A stretch of DNA of 64,000 bases. It comes from a phage. The stretch lies in assembly GCA_024614665.1 (NCBI GenBank), contig GCA_024614665.1_4861.1; one strand, written 5' to 3'. The translations under genes were made by a program, and so were the position numbers. Shown here piece after piece: positions 8,913 to 19,500 of this stretch (positions are counted from its first letter, which is position 1; the number at the start of each line of letters is the position of its first letter). Under the pieces are notes generated by a model, which saw only the letters and a list, made by a program, of their open reading frames with translations, was not told the DNA's origin and ran no database searches.

Positions 8913-10388
8913 TTAAACTTTGCTCGGTACAGAAATAACCACACCGCCACAAATCCAATCCAGAACGTAGTTAATCATCCAGTCGGTCGCTACCTCGTCA
9001 GGTTGACGGTTAGCAATCATACCACGATGAATATCCAGCATCAGCTTGGACAGCTCGTACTCACCAAAGACTTCGGTTGCTGAGACTTTGATAACGAACT
9101 CTGTGATGTCGGTGGTGTCGGTGGTGAAGAACTCGTCGATGAAGCTCGCCGTCGAACGCTTAATGAGTTCTGGCGTTGCTACCTGACCGTCTTCTCCACG
9201 CCAGAACAGTTCAGGATCGGTTGCATCGATGGCCACGTTAAACGCTTGTTTCAGTGACTGGCGATTGCGTGTTACCCAATTGCTATCGAGCTTAGCACGC
9301 TGAATCGCGGAACGGTGGCTCCAGGCAGCGATGTAGTCTTTCTGTTTTTCCAACAGTGAAGCTACACGCGTGGAGACATTGGTGTCACCTTCGTCCAGTT
9401 GGTAAATAGCGCCCAGTAACGCTTCAACGCTACCGCCTTTTTCCAGATAGTCATCCATAACTTCCTGGCAGATATACACTTTCTTCTCAACGTTGTCGTA
9501 TCCGAAGACAATGTTACCGGTCTTGATGCGGGTAACGATGTTCTGGGTGTAGGCGTAAACCCAGCCGATATAGCTGTAATGCAATGGCAGCATCTGTGCT
9601 TTCCACTGCCCGCTATTCAGACCAGAGTCTTTCCACGGCATTTCCAGGTAGTAGCCAGAAAGCAGCATAAACAGAATGTTGCGTTTCAGGTTGTGTGGTG
9701 CCTGGTCGCTTACCGGAGAGAGCATGTTCCCTTCGAGCATGGTGCGAACGGCTTCGTTGATGCTCCAACCCAGAGCATTCAGCAGTTCTTTAACCAGATC
9801 GTCGTAAGCTTTGCTGCCGGTTTCTGGCAGTTCGATATCAGCAGGGACGTTAGCTTTAACCGCGGGATGTGTGGTACCGTTACCCAGCGGGTTCTCTACC
9901 GAATCAATTAATGCTTGTACCACCGGGGAGTTCAACGCCGGGTCCATACCTGCCGGTACGAGTGCCCACTCTTCGCTAACTGCCTGGTTTTCAATACCCT
10001 GGTTGTTTTGGATGACCAGCTGAACAAACGGCTGAATAACGTTACGGGCAAAGTCAAGCATACCCTGACAACGCTGGATGGCCATGCGCTTCAGTTCAAA
10101 CAGCGTTGGTTCGTGGTCTTCGACGTTCAGCGTTTCTGGACCCGCTGCCGTATCCGCGATTACAGACGCTTCGCCCGTGCCAGCTTGCGGCGTTTTCAGT
10201 GCAGTGATATCCGGCAGAGACTGGAAGAACTCTTCGTCAGTTATCTGCGTATCGAAAACGCTCTGCTGCGTAGTCGCTTTTGTCAGTAGACCAACAGGAC
10301 TGTCAACGTCAGCTTCCAAACGAATCTGGTGTTGTTTCGCCAGTTTCATTGCGTTGGTGACAGCATTAAGTGAATATAAGTTGATCAT
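8913..10388 (-). CDS. hypothetical protein (possibly virion-associated)
   Basis: 491-aa ORF; overlaps the upstream gene stop by 4 nt (coupled). Confidence 0.55.
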   Translation of the reverse strand: MINLYSLNAVTNAMKLAKQHQIRLEADVDSPVGLLTKATTQQSVFDTQITDEEFFQSLPDITALKTPQAGTGEASVIADTAAGPETLNVEDHEPTLFELKRMAIQRCQGMLDFARNVIQPFVQLVIQNNQGIENQAVSEEWALVPAGMDPALNSPVVQALIDSVENPLGNGTTHPAVKANVPADIELPETGSKAYDDLVKELLNALGWSINEAVRTMLEGNMLSPVSDQAPHNLKRNILFMLLSGYYLEMPWKDSGLNSGQWKAQMLPLHYSYIGWVYAYTQNIVTRIKTGNIVFGYDNVEKKVYICQEVMDDYLEKGGSVEALLGAIYQLDEGDTNVSTRVASLLEKQKDYIAAWSHRSAIQRAKLDSNWVTRNRQSLKQAFNVAIDATDPELFWRGEDGQVATPELIKRSTASFIDEFFTTDTTDITEFVIKVSATEVFGEYELSKLMLDIHRGMIANRQPDEVATDWMINYVLDWICGGVVISVPSKV

Positions 10389-10678
10389 GCCTGACCCCCG
10401 TTTTTGGTGCTGATGGAATCCTGGATGCGACCAGTAATGCGCGCACCCACCATATCAGCGATGTCTCGTTTCAGCAAACGCTGATCGCCCATGCGGTCAG
10501 ACAGGCCATTGCTGCCCTTCAGCAGTCCGTGAATAATTTCGGTGGCCAATTCAACCGCATTGCCCAGAACAACAAAGTTCATGCGTTGCTGTGGGGAATA
10601 ACCTTCCGTTTCCGGATTCGTGCTATTACGACCCACCGGAATCCCATGCTGCTGCTTGAGCGTATCTAAAATTCCCAT
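10385..10678 (-). CDS. hypothetical protein
   Basis: 97-aa ORF with GGAG SD; preceded by a GC-rich hairpin. Confidence 0.5.
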   Translation of the reverse strand: MGILDTLKQQHGIPVGRNSTNPETEGYSPQQRMNFVVLGNAVELATEIIHGLLKGSNGLSDRMGDQRLLKRDIADMVGARITGRIQDSISTKNGGQA

Positions 10679-10725
10679 TATTAACTCCGGAGTTTATTTA
10701 CCGGGCGGGAGCGACCCGCCCTACA

Positions 10726-13700
10726 TTAGTTGATTTTAGCCGGCAAGGCTGGGACGTCTTCACCATCTAAGATGCGTCCGATGTTCTCCCCACCACGATA
10801 CCCGACAGCGTTGGTGGTTCCGATGCGCATGATAGAACCTACGATACGTGCGTCGACGGAATCACGACCAAAGATAATGTCGAGTTCCTGCCCGTCTTCC
10901 GTTTTGTTGGTTCCATACATCACTTCCTGAACCGTCGTTTTCAGCTGGTTAGCAATAACCATCTTATCCGCTGCTGCCATCTCTACCCGGTGTGTGATGT
11001 AGAATCGGACACACAGGCTATTGTACGCTAACGGCACCCCCTCAACACGAAAATCACCGTTGACTCGACCGTCCTTCGGCTCGTCACGTTTGAGAGCCAG
11101 CGCAGTCTTCCGACGTATACGGTCGTATTTACGAACCATCTCCGCCAAAGACGGGGTCATATCTTCCAACTCGCCGTGGTAAACCACTTCGATTTTGTCG
11201 ATAAACCCACGAACACCAGAGCGTGGTGCAAAGGAGCTTAACTCACGCAGCGTCTCCGCTGCTTCTTTACTGAACCCGCTCATATCGCCAGTCAGGTTGT
11301 CGGTGAAGGTGCATAGAATTGAATCCACGTCTACGTGGTCCCCTTCTTTTACCATCTCCAACAGGTTCTGGGTGAATGTCATTGTGACTTCTTTGAGTTT
11401 GGTAACATCGGCTTCGGCCTTAGCAGCGAACCGCTCACTAATGGCGTTGGAGTCCTCAATTACTTCTTCCCCTTCAATCAAAGCGACAGTTGCCAGTATC
11501 CCGTTTTTAAAACTGACCTGCGTTGGATCATAGATGTCTGGTTCAAAGTGTTGTTCGTTGTACGTGATAACGGCACCGGCAGGGAGTTTATCTCCGCGCT
11601 TCCATTTCGTTACCAGGGTGTGTGGGTAGTAAGTCCCTTCGTGCGGACCGAACCAACGACCCAGTGGGAAAGCTTCTTCCTCCCCGTCGTCGTATTTGAT
11701 TTTAACGTGGTCGTTAAGAACCTCCACAATCTTGCCAGGTTTATCGATTACGCGTGCGTGCTTCACAGAAGTACGGTGTGCCACGAACTTTTCTTGCTCG
11801 GTACGATACGGTGTGGTGGTTGCGCCAACACAACTGGTCGCAGAACCGAATTGAATCCCAACGAAGTTCTGACGCTTAGCATCGTCCATCAGGGTATCCG
11901 GCACCAAGCCATCAATAAACGACAGCGCCTCACCCGGCTTCAGTTTATCGAGGTCCTTTTTAAAGGTCGTGCCGTCCACGGTATCGTAGCGCGGGTTGTT
12001 TGTTGCAAAGGCGGTGATACCTACGTCGCCGTTATCGACCGTGTTACCGGAGACAATCCCCAGGTCGCTCGGTTGGAATTCACGGGTACTGTAGACCATG
12101 GTTTTGCGGTTACGACCGCCTGTACCGCCCATGGTAACGACATCCTTTTCTTTGATGTTCTGTACCGGGTTTGCGCCAGGTGCCAGCAAAACAGACGGGT
12201 CGGAGTTAATTGCACCCCACACCATGTCCTGTGTCAGCTCAAACTTACGATTCGAGTTAGGCGCGTTGTTGTAGTTACGCATCGCCCGCACCATCGCGGT
12301 GTAGATGTGATACGAAATACGTTGGTTCCCGATGAACATCATTTCGTCACCGTTAATTTCCGGTAACGTGTGGTCCGTCTGCAGCAGTTCGTTAGAACGC
12401 TCCAGTAAGCCGATAAAGGTTTCCGGCTCGCCCATTTTCCTGAGGATACGCGCGTGCATGTCGTCAACAAATGCGGTCCGCATCAGCTTCAGCTCTTTGA
12501 TGTAGCGTGGTGTTAGCCCATCTGCATCGCGTAACAGGTTCAGGTAAATGTCTTCCCGGTCAACTTCCGACTCGGTATACGTGGTAAAGTGTTTAATGTA
12601 ACGGTCTAAGCCGTTGACAATCATCCTCTGTTGATCGTTCTCGCAGACAATTGCAATTTTCGCATCCTGGAGACGAATAATGGAGTCGAACTGACCTTTA
12701 TCGATACGTTGTCCGACAGAGAGAACCTCGTAACTGATACCGAAGTGTTTCAACATCCCGGTTAATCCGAGATAGTACGCAAACACAAAGCCCAGCGAGA
12801 TTGATTTACCCATCAGTGACAATTCAGTCATTTCACGTGGAGCCTTAGCGGTGTCCACGCCAAAGACTTCGGCGAGTGTACCCAGTGGTTCGGTCTTATC
12901 CTTATCCACTCGATAGAGCTGGGAGTTTTTATCCATACCGACGATGACATGACTCCGCGGTTTCTTCGCCACAGGTACCAGCTCGACACGGTCCGCATCT
13001 GCCAGTTGCCCTTCGTTAAAGAATACCGCTTTCTGTTTAATGTCAAAGTTCCATTGGTACCCAATTGCGTTGAACGTTGCTACACGACGCGCTACTTCGG
13101 TATATTGGCGCGGCAGTTTAGACAGCGGATCGAACACATTCGCCAGTTTTGCATCAGTGATTTCGGTGTTCTTTGGATCGACTGCACGAGTAATAATCGC
13201 GTTAGTGAGCCAACGTCCGTAATCATTGACGACTTTATCGCTGCGACGGACAAAGTTCTTCCCGTAGGCAGTGGTTAACGCTACAGTATCGTGGGACACT
13301 TTACGGATAGGAACATCGACGCGCTGACGACGCATTGTATATTCCACACCATTTGCAACCCAAGTACCGTCTTCGGTTAATGCAGGAATTGAGAAACGTA
13401 CCGTGGTTGGTTCTCCGCCAATCGGCTGAATACGCAACGTGTGGTGTTCGATATTCCCGGTAACGGAAATCTCTTTCTCAACAGTGTGATTGTGAATCGC
13501 CAAACCGAGACGCTGAGATGACGCCACTGCACCCAGAACATCTTTCGGGAAGATTTCCTGGTTGTACTGACGAATGATTTGGTCGGTGGTATTTTCCGCC
13601 CAGGCTTCATCCGTAACTAAGCGTTCAATCTTCTTAGGCTCGGCTTTAACTTCGAGTTTCTTCGGATCAATGGTCAGACCTTCGCCGTACGTCTCTTTAG

Positions 13701-14931
13701 GATTGTACGGGTTGGGTAAGTTTACGAAACGTTTAGAAGATTCGTTCAGGAACTGATACGCTTTGGCGGTGACGCGGCCCGCTTCTGCCAGACGCTCAAC
13801 TTCCTGTTTAATCACAGCATCGTGTGGGATGGTGCGTTCTACGACGATGGTGGTTGGTTTGACATCTTCTTTCGGCGCTTCGATGACCAGATCTTCTTTC
13901 TCATCGAACTCATGATCGTTCAATGTGTCGTCGGCGTTGTCGCTTTGTGTTGCTTCATCGTCGACGATATCGAGGGTTTCTTCCGGTTTACTGGCAACGG
14001 TATCAACAGCATCGTCGTCCTCACCCAGATGTACGCGTTCGTCCCCTTCCGGTGTAACGAACTCGTCATCTTCGTAGTCGGTAGACGGCGGTGTGGTCAT
14101 CACAGTAGTCAGTGTACGGTAGAACATTCTGCCCATCTGCACGTCAGTCAAACGACCACCGGCAGACTTACGCATTCTTTCAATTACACCCATGTTCATG
14201 GATGTAAAACCACCGTTGTGCGTGAAGATAAAGTTCACACGTGACAGCTGGTTCATGTCCATACCGTCAAACAGGGTTGCTTGCTGATCGCCGTAAGCCC
14301 AACCGAACAGTTCCAGTAACCACAGGAGATTAAAGTCCTTAAAGCGCTCCAGTTTGGTTTTAACACGATCGTTATACGTCGTTTTAAAACGATCGAAAGA
14401 AGGCAGTACGTTACCCAGTTCGATGATGTAGTAGTTCTGACGCATGTACTCACGTGAGTCAGTTTTCATCTGGTTAGTTATCAGCAGCTGAATGTTGTGC
14501 AGACGTTCGTACCAGGACATCAGAGTATCAGGGTAGAAATAATGCGGCAGCATCGGGGTGTAGTTTTCGATGAGCAGCACTTTTGGATCGGAACGTACCA
14601 CGCCGTCTTCAATCATGCGACGAATACGACGGTTGTTACGATGGTACTGGAAGATTTGACGTTCTTGGCCAACAACCGGTTTCTTACGCGGATGGCCGAT
14701 AATGCCGTCTTCAGGCAGCTGGAAGTGGTGGCGAATCATCGCCGGTTTTTCCAGCTGGCCAAAACACGGTGTAGTTAACGGCGGCGCTAAAACCACCTGG
14801 TCTAAATCGATGGTGTGGTAGATAGAACCACGTGGGAGCTGGAGCTTCTCCAGCGGGATAATACGCGGGCGACCGAACTCATCGGTCTTGCGCACGGTAA
14901 AGCGCTGGTTAAACTGTTTCAGAAAAATCAT
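10726..14931 (-). CDS. large subunit of a phage multisubunit RNA polymerase (beta or beta'-like, divergent)
   Basis: 1401 aa directly downstream of, and co-oriented with, the beta'-like N-terminal subunit gene. Contains VDDMHAR and a later GDEMMF segment loosely resembling bacterial beta C-terminal motifs, plus a long acidic insertion. Assignment is mainly contextual. Confidence 0.45.
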   Translation of the reverse strand: MIFLKQFNQRFTVRKTDEFGRPRIIPLEKLQLPRGSIYHTIDLDQVVLAPPLTTPCFGQLEKPAMIRHHFQLPEDGIIGHPRKKPVVGQERQIFQYHRNNRRIRRMIEDGVVRSDPKVLLIENYTPMLPHYFYPDTLMSWYERLHNIQLLITNQMKTDSREYMRQNYYIIELGNVLPSFDRFKTTYNDRVKTKLERFKDFNLLWLLELFGWAYGDQQATLFDGMDMNQLSRVNFIFTHNGGFTSMNMGVIERMRKSAGGRLTDVQMGRMFYRTLTTVMTTPPSTDYEDDEFVTPEGDERVHLGEDDDAVDTVASKPEETLDIVDDEATQSDNADDTLNDHEFDEKEDLVIEAPKEDVKPTTIVVERTIPHDAVIKQEVERLAEAGRVTAKAYQFLNESSKRFVNLPNPYNPKETYGEGLTIDPKKLEVKAEPKKIERLVTDEAWAENTTDQIIRQYNQEIFPKDVLGAVASSQRLGLAIHNHTVEKEISVTGNIEHHTLRIQPIGGEPTTVRFSIPALTEDGTWVANGVEYTMRRQRVDVPIRKVSHDTVALTTAYGKNFVRRSDKVVNDYGRWLTNAIITRAVDPKNTEITDAKLANVFDPLSKLPRQYTEVARRVATFNAIGYQWNFDIKQKAVFFNEGQLADADRVELVPVAKKPRSHVIVGMDKNSQLYRVDKDKTEPLGTLAEVFGVDTAKAPREMTELSLMGKSISLGFVFAYYLGLTGMLKHFGISYEVLSVGQRIDKGQFDSIIRLQDAKIAIVCENDQQRMIVNGLDRYIKHFTTYTESEVDREDIYLNLLRDADGLTPRYIKELKLMRTAFVDDMHARILRKMGEPETFIGLLERSNELLQTDHTLPEINGDEMMFIGNQRISYHIYTAMVRAMRNYNNAPNSNRKFELTQDMVWGAINSDPSVLLAPGANPVQNIKEKDVVTMGGTGGRNRKTMVYSTREFQPSDLGIVSGNTVDNGDVGITAFATNNPRYDTVDGTTFKKDLDKLKPGEALSFIDGLVPDTLMDDAKRQNFVGIQFGSATSCVGATTTPYRTEQEKFVAHRTSVKHARVIDKPGKIVEVLNDHVKIKYDDGEEEAFPLGRWFGPHEGTYYPHTLVTKWKRGDKLPAGAVITYNEQHFEPDIYDPTQVSFKNGILATVALIEGEEVIEDSNAISERFAAKAEADVTKLKEVTMTFTQNLLEMVKEGDHVDVDSILCTFTDNLTGDMSGFSKEAAETLRELSSFAPRSGVRGFIDKIEVVYHGELEDMTPSLAEMVRKYDRIRRKTALALKRDEPKDGRVNGDFRVEGVPLAYNSLCVRFYITHRVEMAAADKMVIANQLKTTVQEVMYGTNKTEDGQELDIIFGRDSVDARIVGSIMRIGTTNAVGYRGGENIGRILDGEDVPALPAKIN

Positions 14932-14949
14932 ACATGTGCCTTATGGGTA

Positions 14950-16563
14950 TCATTTCAACAGCGCAGCAGTCGTTCTTTTAATCACGTTGTTAACCGGATT
15001 GATTTTGAAACTGCCGTCTGTTGCAAACCAGTAGTTTTTCGAACTGACCCACTTCCGATTTTCCTCGAGCGCTTCGGTTGACATCGGGCAGTTTGCTGAG
15101 CCGGTGTCACCATCGTAGTCACCACCCAATCCACCTAATCGGGATGGATGTGGTGCCATGGATTCCACAAAGGTTTTCACGGTACGGTCAGGGAAGCTAA
15201 TTGCACCCTTCTCTTTTAACGTGACCCAATCGTCTTCCAGTTCATGCAAATAGAGGGAAGAGGTGGTGGTCTCCAATCTTATGGTCGAGGAGTAAGTCGA
15301 ACCGCGTCCCGTAACCGGATAACGCGTGATGAACGAGAAGTAGTCATTCCAAATATCGTAACCTGACAAATAGAGGAGTTCTGCTAAGCTCAGTCCGCGG
15401 ACAAGCTTACGGTCACGTCCTTCCGGCAGGTCTTCAATATCGTAAAAGATTTTGAAGCTGCGTTTGTCCTGGTAGATTAATGCCACGTAATGGTCCGGAT
15501 CAATCATCAGCGGTTTATGTCGAAGCTCGCGCGCTTCCATTCTGTTGATGAGTGTTTCGATGCCATCGTCGGTAGTGAAAAGGTCATACACCCGCCCGGA
15601 GACTTCCAGGAACTCACGCTTGAGTGTTTTGGTGTTAACGCCGTATAAGTTGCCGTCCCCTGCCCGGATGTTACTGAGGTAACGTTCACGGATGTGGTAT
15701 TGAGCCACAGGCAGTAATGCCTTCAGGGTTTGGTACAAACCGATACGGGTATCCGTTGGACGAATCGCATCTTCGCGACCCATGACCTTGGAACCGGTTG
15801 AGAATGAAGACAGTACGTTACGCGTACCGTTCATTAACTTACGTGACGTCACTTTACGACGTGCAAAACCACCTTTACCGTCTTGGATGTTGAAAAAGTA
15901 CATCCAGATGTCATTAAAGGTTTGTTGGAGCTTCCAGCGAACCGGGTCAGTCAGTTCCGTTCGCGTACTGCGGTCGGGGATTGCACGTGCCAGAGAAATC
16001 AGACGGCGGTAGAGTCCGCCAATCTCTTCTTCTTGGTCGCGGCCATCCTGACGAATGACCAAATCACGTAATCCCGCAGGCAGAACCAGCACATAGCGGC
16101 TGAGACTGACCGGACGGAACTTATTGAAGAAATCGACTGTCTCGTCGCGACGCATTGATTCGTTGCGTCCTGGCGTCAGTTGTTCGTAGTAGCGTAGGAA
16201 GAAGTTGAAGCCGGTGTCTGCACCTTTATCACTGGGCAGAGCCGGCTCGAAATCTTTTTCTTTCTCATTCCAGATAGCGAATCGCTTCCCGGAACAGATT
16301 TCTTCGTACAGCTGTTTCAGCTGGAACAGTGCCAAACAAACGGTCGGCGAAATGATATCCAGTTTGATATCAATGTACGAGAACGTTGAGTCTCGTGCCT
16401 CGCTCCCTGTGAGGCCAAATATTTCAGTTGAATACAGTCCTTCAGGGTGAAAGTTTTTCGTCAGTCCCTGAAAGGTGTCTGTTGTTGTAACTGGTTTTAA
16501 ATGCGACACCAGGGACTTGTTGACGTTTAACAGGTAAAAGTCAACCCAGTTTAGCTTTCTCAC
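14950..16563 (-). CDS. multisubunit RNA polymerase beta'-like subunit, N-terminal fragment type
   Basis: 537 aa. YVLVLPAGLRDLVIRQDG...LYRRLI parallels the bacterial beta' segment LPVLPPDLRPLVPLDGGRF...LYRRVI; MAPHPSRLGG followed by DYDGD parallels NRAPTLHRLG ... NADFDGD (catalytic Mg-binding aspartates). GTG start with AGGAG SD. Confidence 0.6.
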   Translation of the reverse strand: MRKLNWVDFYLLNVNKSLVSHLKPVTTTDTFQGLTKNFHPEGLYSTEIFGLTGSEARDSTFSYIDIKLDIISPTVCLALFQLKQLYEEICSGKRFAIWNEKEKDFEPALPSDKGADTGFNFFLRYYEQLTPGRNESMRRDETVDFFNKFRPVSLSRYVLVLPAGLRDLVIRQDGRDQEEEIGGLYRRLISLARAIPDRSTRTELTDPVRWKLQQTFNDIWMYFFNIQDGKGGFARRKVTSRKLMNGTRNVLSSFSTGSKVMGREDAIRPTDTRIGLYQTLKALLPVAQYHIRERYLSNIRAGDGNLYGVNTKTLKREFLEVSGRVYDLFTTDDGIETLINRMEARELRHKPLMIDPDHYVALIYQDKRSFKIFYDIEDLPEGRDRKLVRGLSLAELLYLSGYDIWNDYFSFITRYPVTGRGSTYSSTIRLETTTSSLYLHELEDDWVTLKEKGAISFPDRTVKTFVESMAPHPSRLGGLGGDYDGDTGSANCPMSTEALEENRKWVSSKNYWFATDGSFKINPVNNVIKRTTAALLK

Positions 16564-16592
16564 TTTTAAGCTCCTGAATTGGAAGAAACATT

Positions 16593-19500
16593 ATGGCAAA
16601 AAGAGGCAAAGACGGTTTCGATGATATCGACTTAGATAGACTCGATGACTGGGATGATTTCGGTGAACCACCCCGTCCCAAAGACGAGAAAAAACGAAGC
16701 CCGATACTTAGTACCCTGAATGTTGCCAGGAAGTCGGCGTTGTCAACTATCTGGCCAGAAGGGAAACGCGACCAAGTTATCCTCAAGGGGATGCCTAAGC
16801 CGGCAGCTGATGCATACGAGGGCTATCAGTCAGCGGCAGCTGCAGCAAAGGATATTTACGCCCATACGAAAGGGGAGCTTGAGAAGACCGAGCGCACGCT
16901 GAAGATGCAAGCGCGCCAACTCGGTCCGACGATGAAGAAATACTTGCCTGATGCGGTTACTAAGCGCATCGACAAGTGGTCAAAATCTGACCAGTTGGAT
17001 TACCAAAATTACGATCCTAATCAGGCGTTGATGGATCGTGAACTGGGCGACGTTTTCTCAGGTGTGCCAAAGGACGCCGAAGAACAACGTCAGCTGCAGG
17101 ACAGCATGGTAGAGGATAAGCTCCGCGACAGCATCAAAGAGATGCGTGCGGATGCAATGCACCAAACCATGATTGGGATGGCGAAAGACATTAACCTGCT
17201 AACCGGGTTAAGCCGCGGGGTATTCTTAAACATCGAGCGTAAGAAACTCGAACTGCAATACCGTACCCTGTTTGCCATCCAAGACATCGTGAAGATGAAG
17301 CAGTCGGAGTTCGATCGTAATACGCCTGCTTTAGAAGCCATCGTGAAGAACACGGCATTGCCGGATTACGCGAAGGAAGATTTCTCAGAAGTCCGTTGGG
17401 CGAACGTTAAACGCCAGGCTGCGGAATGGATGAACCCGTTGCGGTATGCTGACGGGTTTATGGACATGATTCGCGAAAATACCAAGAAGAAAATTTCTGG
17501 TATATTTGGCGAAGGTCGCGGTTTGTTAGAATCTGTTCTCGGCATGGGCGTTGAAGATGATTTCGGCATGAGCGACAGCTCTTCGTTGACTGCTGAACGT
17601 CGCAAAACAAATGCTCGCGATAAAGCAACTGCATGGGGTAGCGGATTCCTTGCGAAGAAACTACTCGGTCCACAAATCGAGAAACTCCAGAAATGGACTC
17701 GCGAGGAGATGGAGAAAAATCCAGAGGTCATGAAACGCCTGCAGAAGGGCGCGTTCACCTTTGGTAATCTTTCCTCCATCTCGAACTCAGCCATCGCAGG
17801 CGAAACGCAAGGACCGTTGGCGGATTTGTTCCGGGTGCTGAATGAACTCGGTATTGTCCAACCGTTAAACCGTGAGAAAGCCTTCCTTGACGAACGTAAT
17901 GGCGAAACGTTAAGCCGTTCGGCGAAATTTGACCGTAAAGCATATCTTAGCCTGGTTGAAGTTATTCCTGCCTGGCTGGCAGAGATTAACAAATCTGTTC
18001 GTCGGGGTTATGGCGAACATGCCGACCTGGAATACGACATCACTAGTCGTGGGTTCGTAGACCGTAAAGTGGTCGGTAACCGCGTACGCAAGGCGGTTGC
18101 AAACGATGAACAACGCCTGCGTCTCCAAAATTCCATTAACAGCACTGTGGATTTTGTTGACCGCGGCAAAACGCTCTCGCAGAAGGATCGACAGCATCTC
18201 GCCGACTATATCGAGTCGCGAGCCTCGCAGGGCCGCGCATTCGACGTAGAAGCGATTCTGAAAGACCCGATGCATCTTCATCGGTATATGCCAGGAAACT
18301 CCGCAGAACGCATTAAGGAAGCCTTACAGGGGCATTCTGATAGCCTAACCGGTGGTAGTAACGAATTAAGTAACGAACTGGCTCGTAAAATCTCCACAGT
18401 ACAATCGTCTATCACCCAGCGTCAGGCAGTTATTGACGAAGCGGTGAACATTTACGGCGAACGTGCGCTGCGTGATGCAGGTATATTCAACTACGACGCA
18501 AAGAGTGACACCTTCGGCGTAGATAAAGACCTCTCCGATCCCTACACCTTGTTTAATGACTTGGCGATGGGTAAGACACGCAGTGGTCGTGCACTGACTC
18601 GTGACCAGGAGATTCAACGTAAACTGCAAAACGGTTCAGCGTTAGGCGACTACTTGCGCCGGATGAACCAAGGGGCAAATGGTGGTGTCGATGACACGTC
18701 GTTGCCGCCGGCTTTACGTGGCGGTGGTAAAGGCCGCGGAATGTCGCCTCGGCAGTTAGCCGCAGTTCTCTACGGTGAAACCTCGACTAACTTTGTTGAA
18801 TTGTTGAGTCAACGTAACCGCGGCGAAGAAGCACCACGGAATAACTTTGACGGCATCATCGAAGCGATTCGGGGTAATAACAACAGTGACACCCTCCAGA
18901 AAATTCTGGAACACGTCAGAAGTATGGACGAAGAAGGGGTTCTCCTGGCTTCGTTAGCAGGGGGTGCTGGTTCTGGTGACGAAGAGATGGGACCACCTCG
19001 TCCTGGTGGTGGTAGCGGTGGCGGTAAACGCCGCCGTATTATCATCGGTGAGGATGGGCTTATTCGTCGTTGGGGCGGTGTGTTGTTCGACACTGCAGCA
19101 GGAATCGGTGGCTTTGCAAAACGTGGTGTTAAAGGTGCCTGGAATAAACTGAATCAGTTCGGTGGCTGGGCACGCGGTAAAATCGCAGGGATGGGCGGCG
19201 GAGAAGGTCCTGGTTTCTTAACCCGGATGCGTGGCCTTATCAGCGGTAGTGTCCGTGGGGGCTTTGAAGCGGTAAGTTCCTTCGGTAAAGGACTACTGGG
19301 TATCCGCGACATTTACGATGACCACGGTAATGTTGTTCTGCAAGGTGCACGTCTGGAAGCTGGAGAATACTACCAGGTCATTGATGGTAAAATGGTTCAG
19401 CTGAAAACGCTGGACGACATCAAACTGGGGAGTGATATTGTTGACTCCGCAGGTAATCTGGTATTAGCAGCCGCTGACTTAGCCGCTGCGGGTAAACTCC

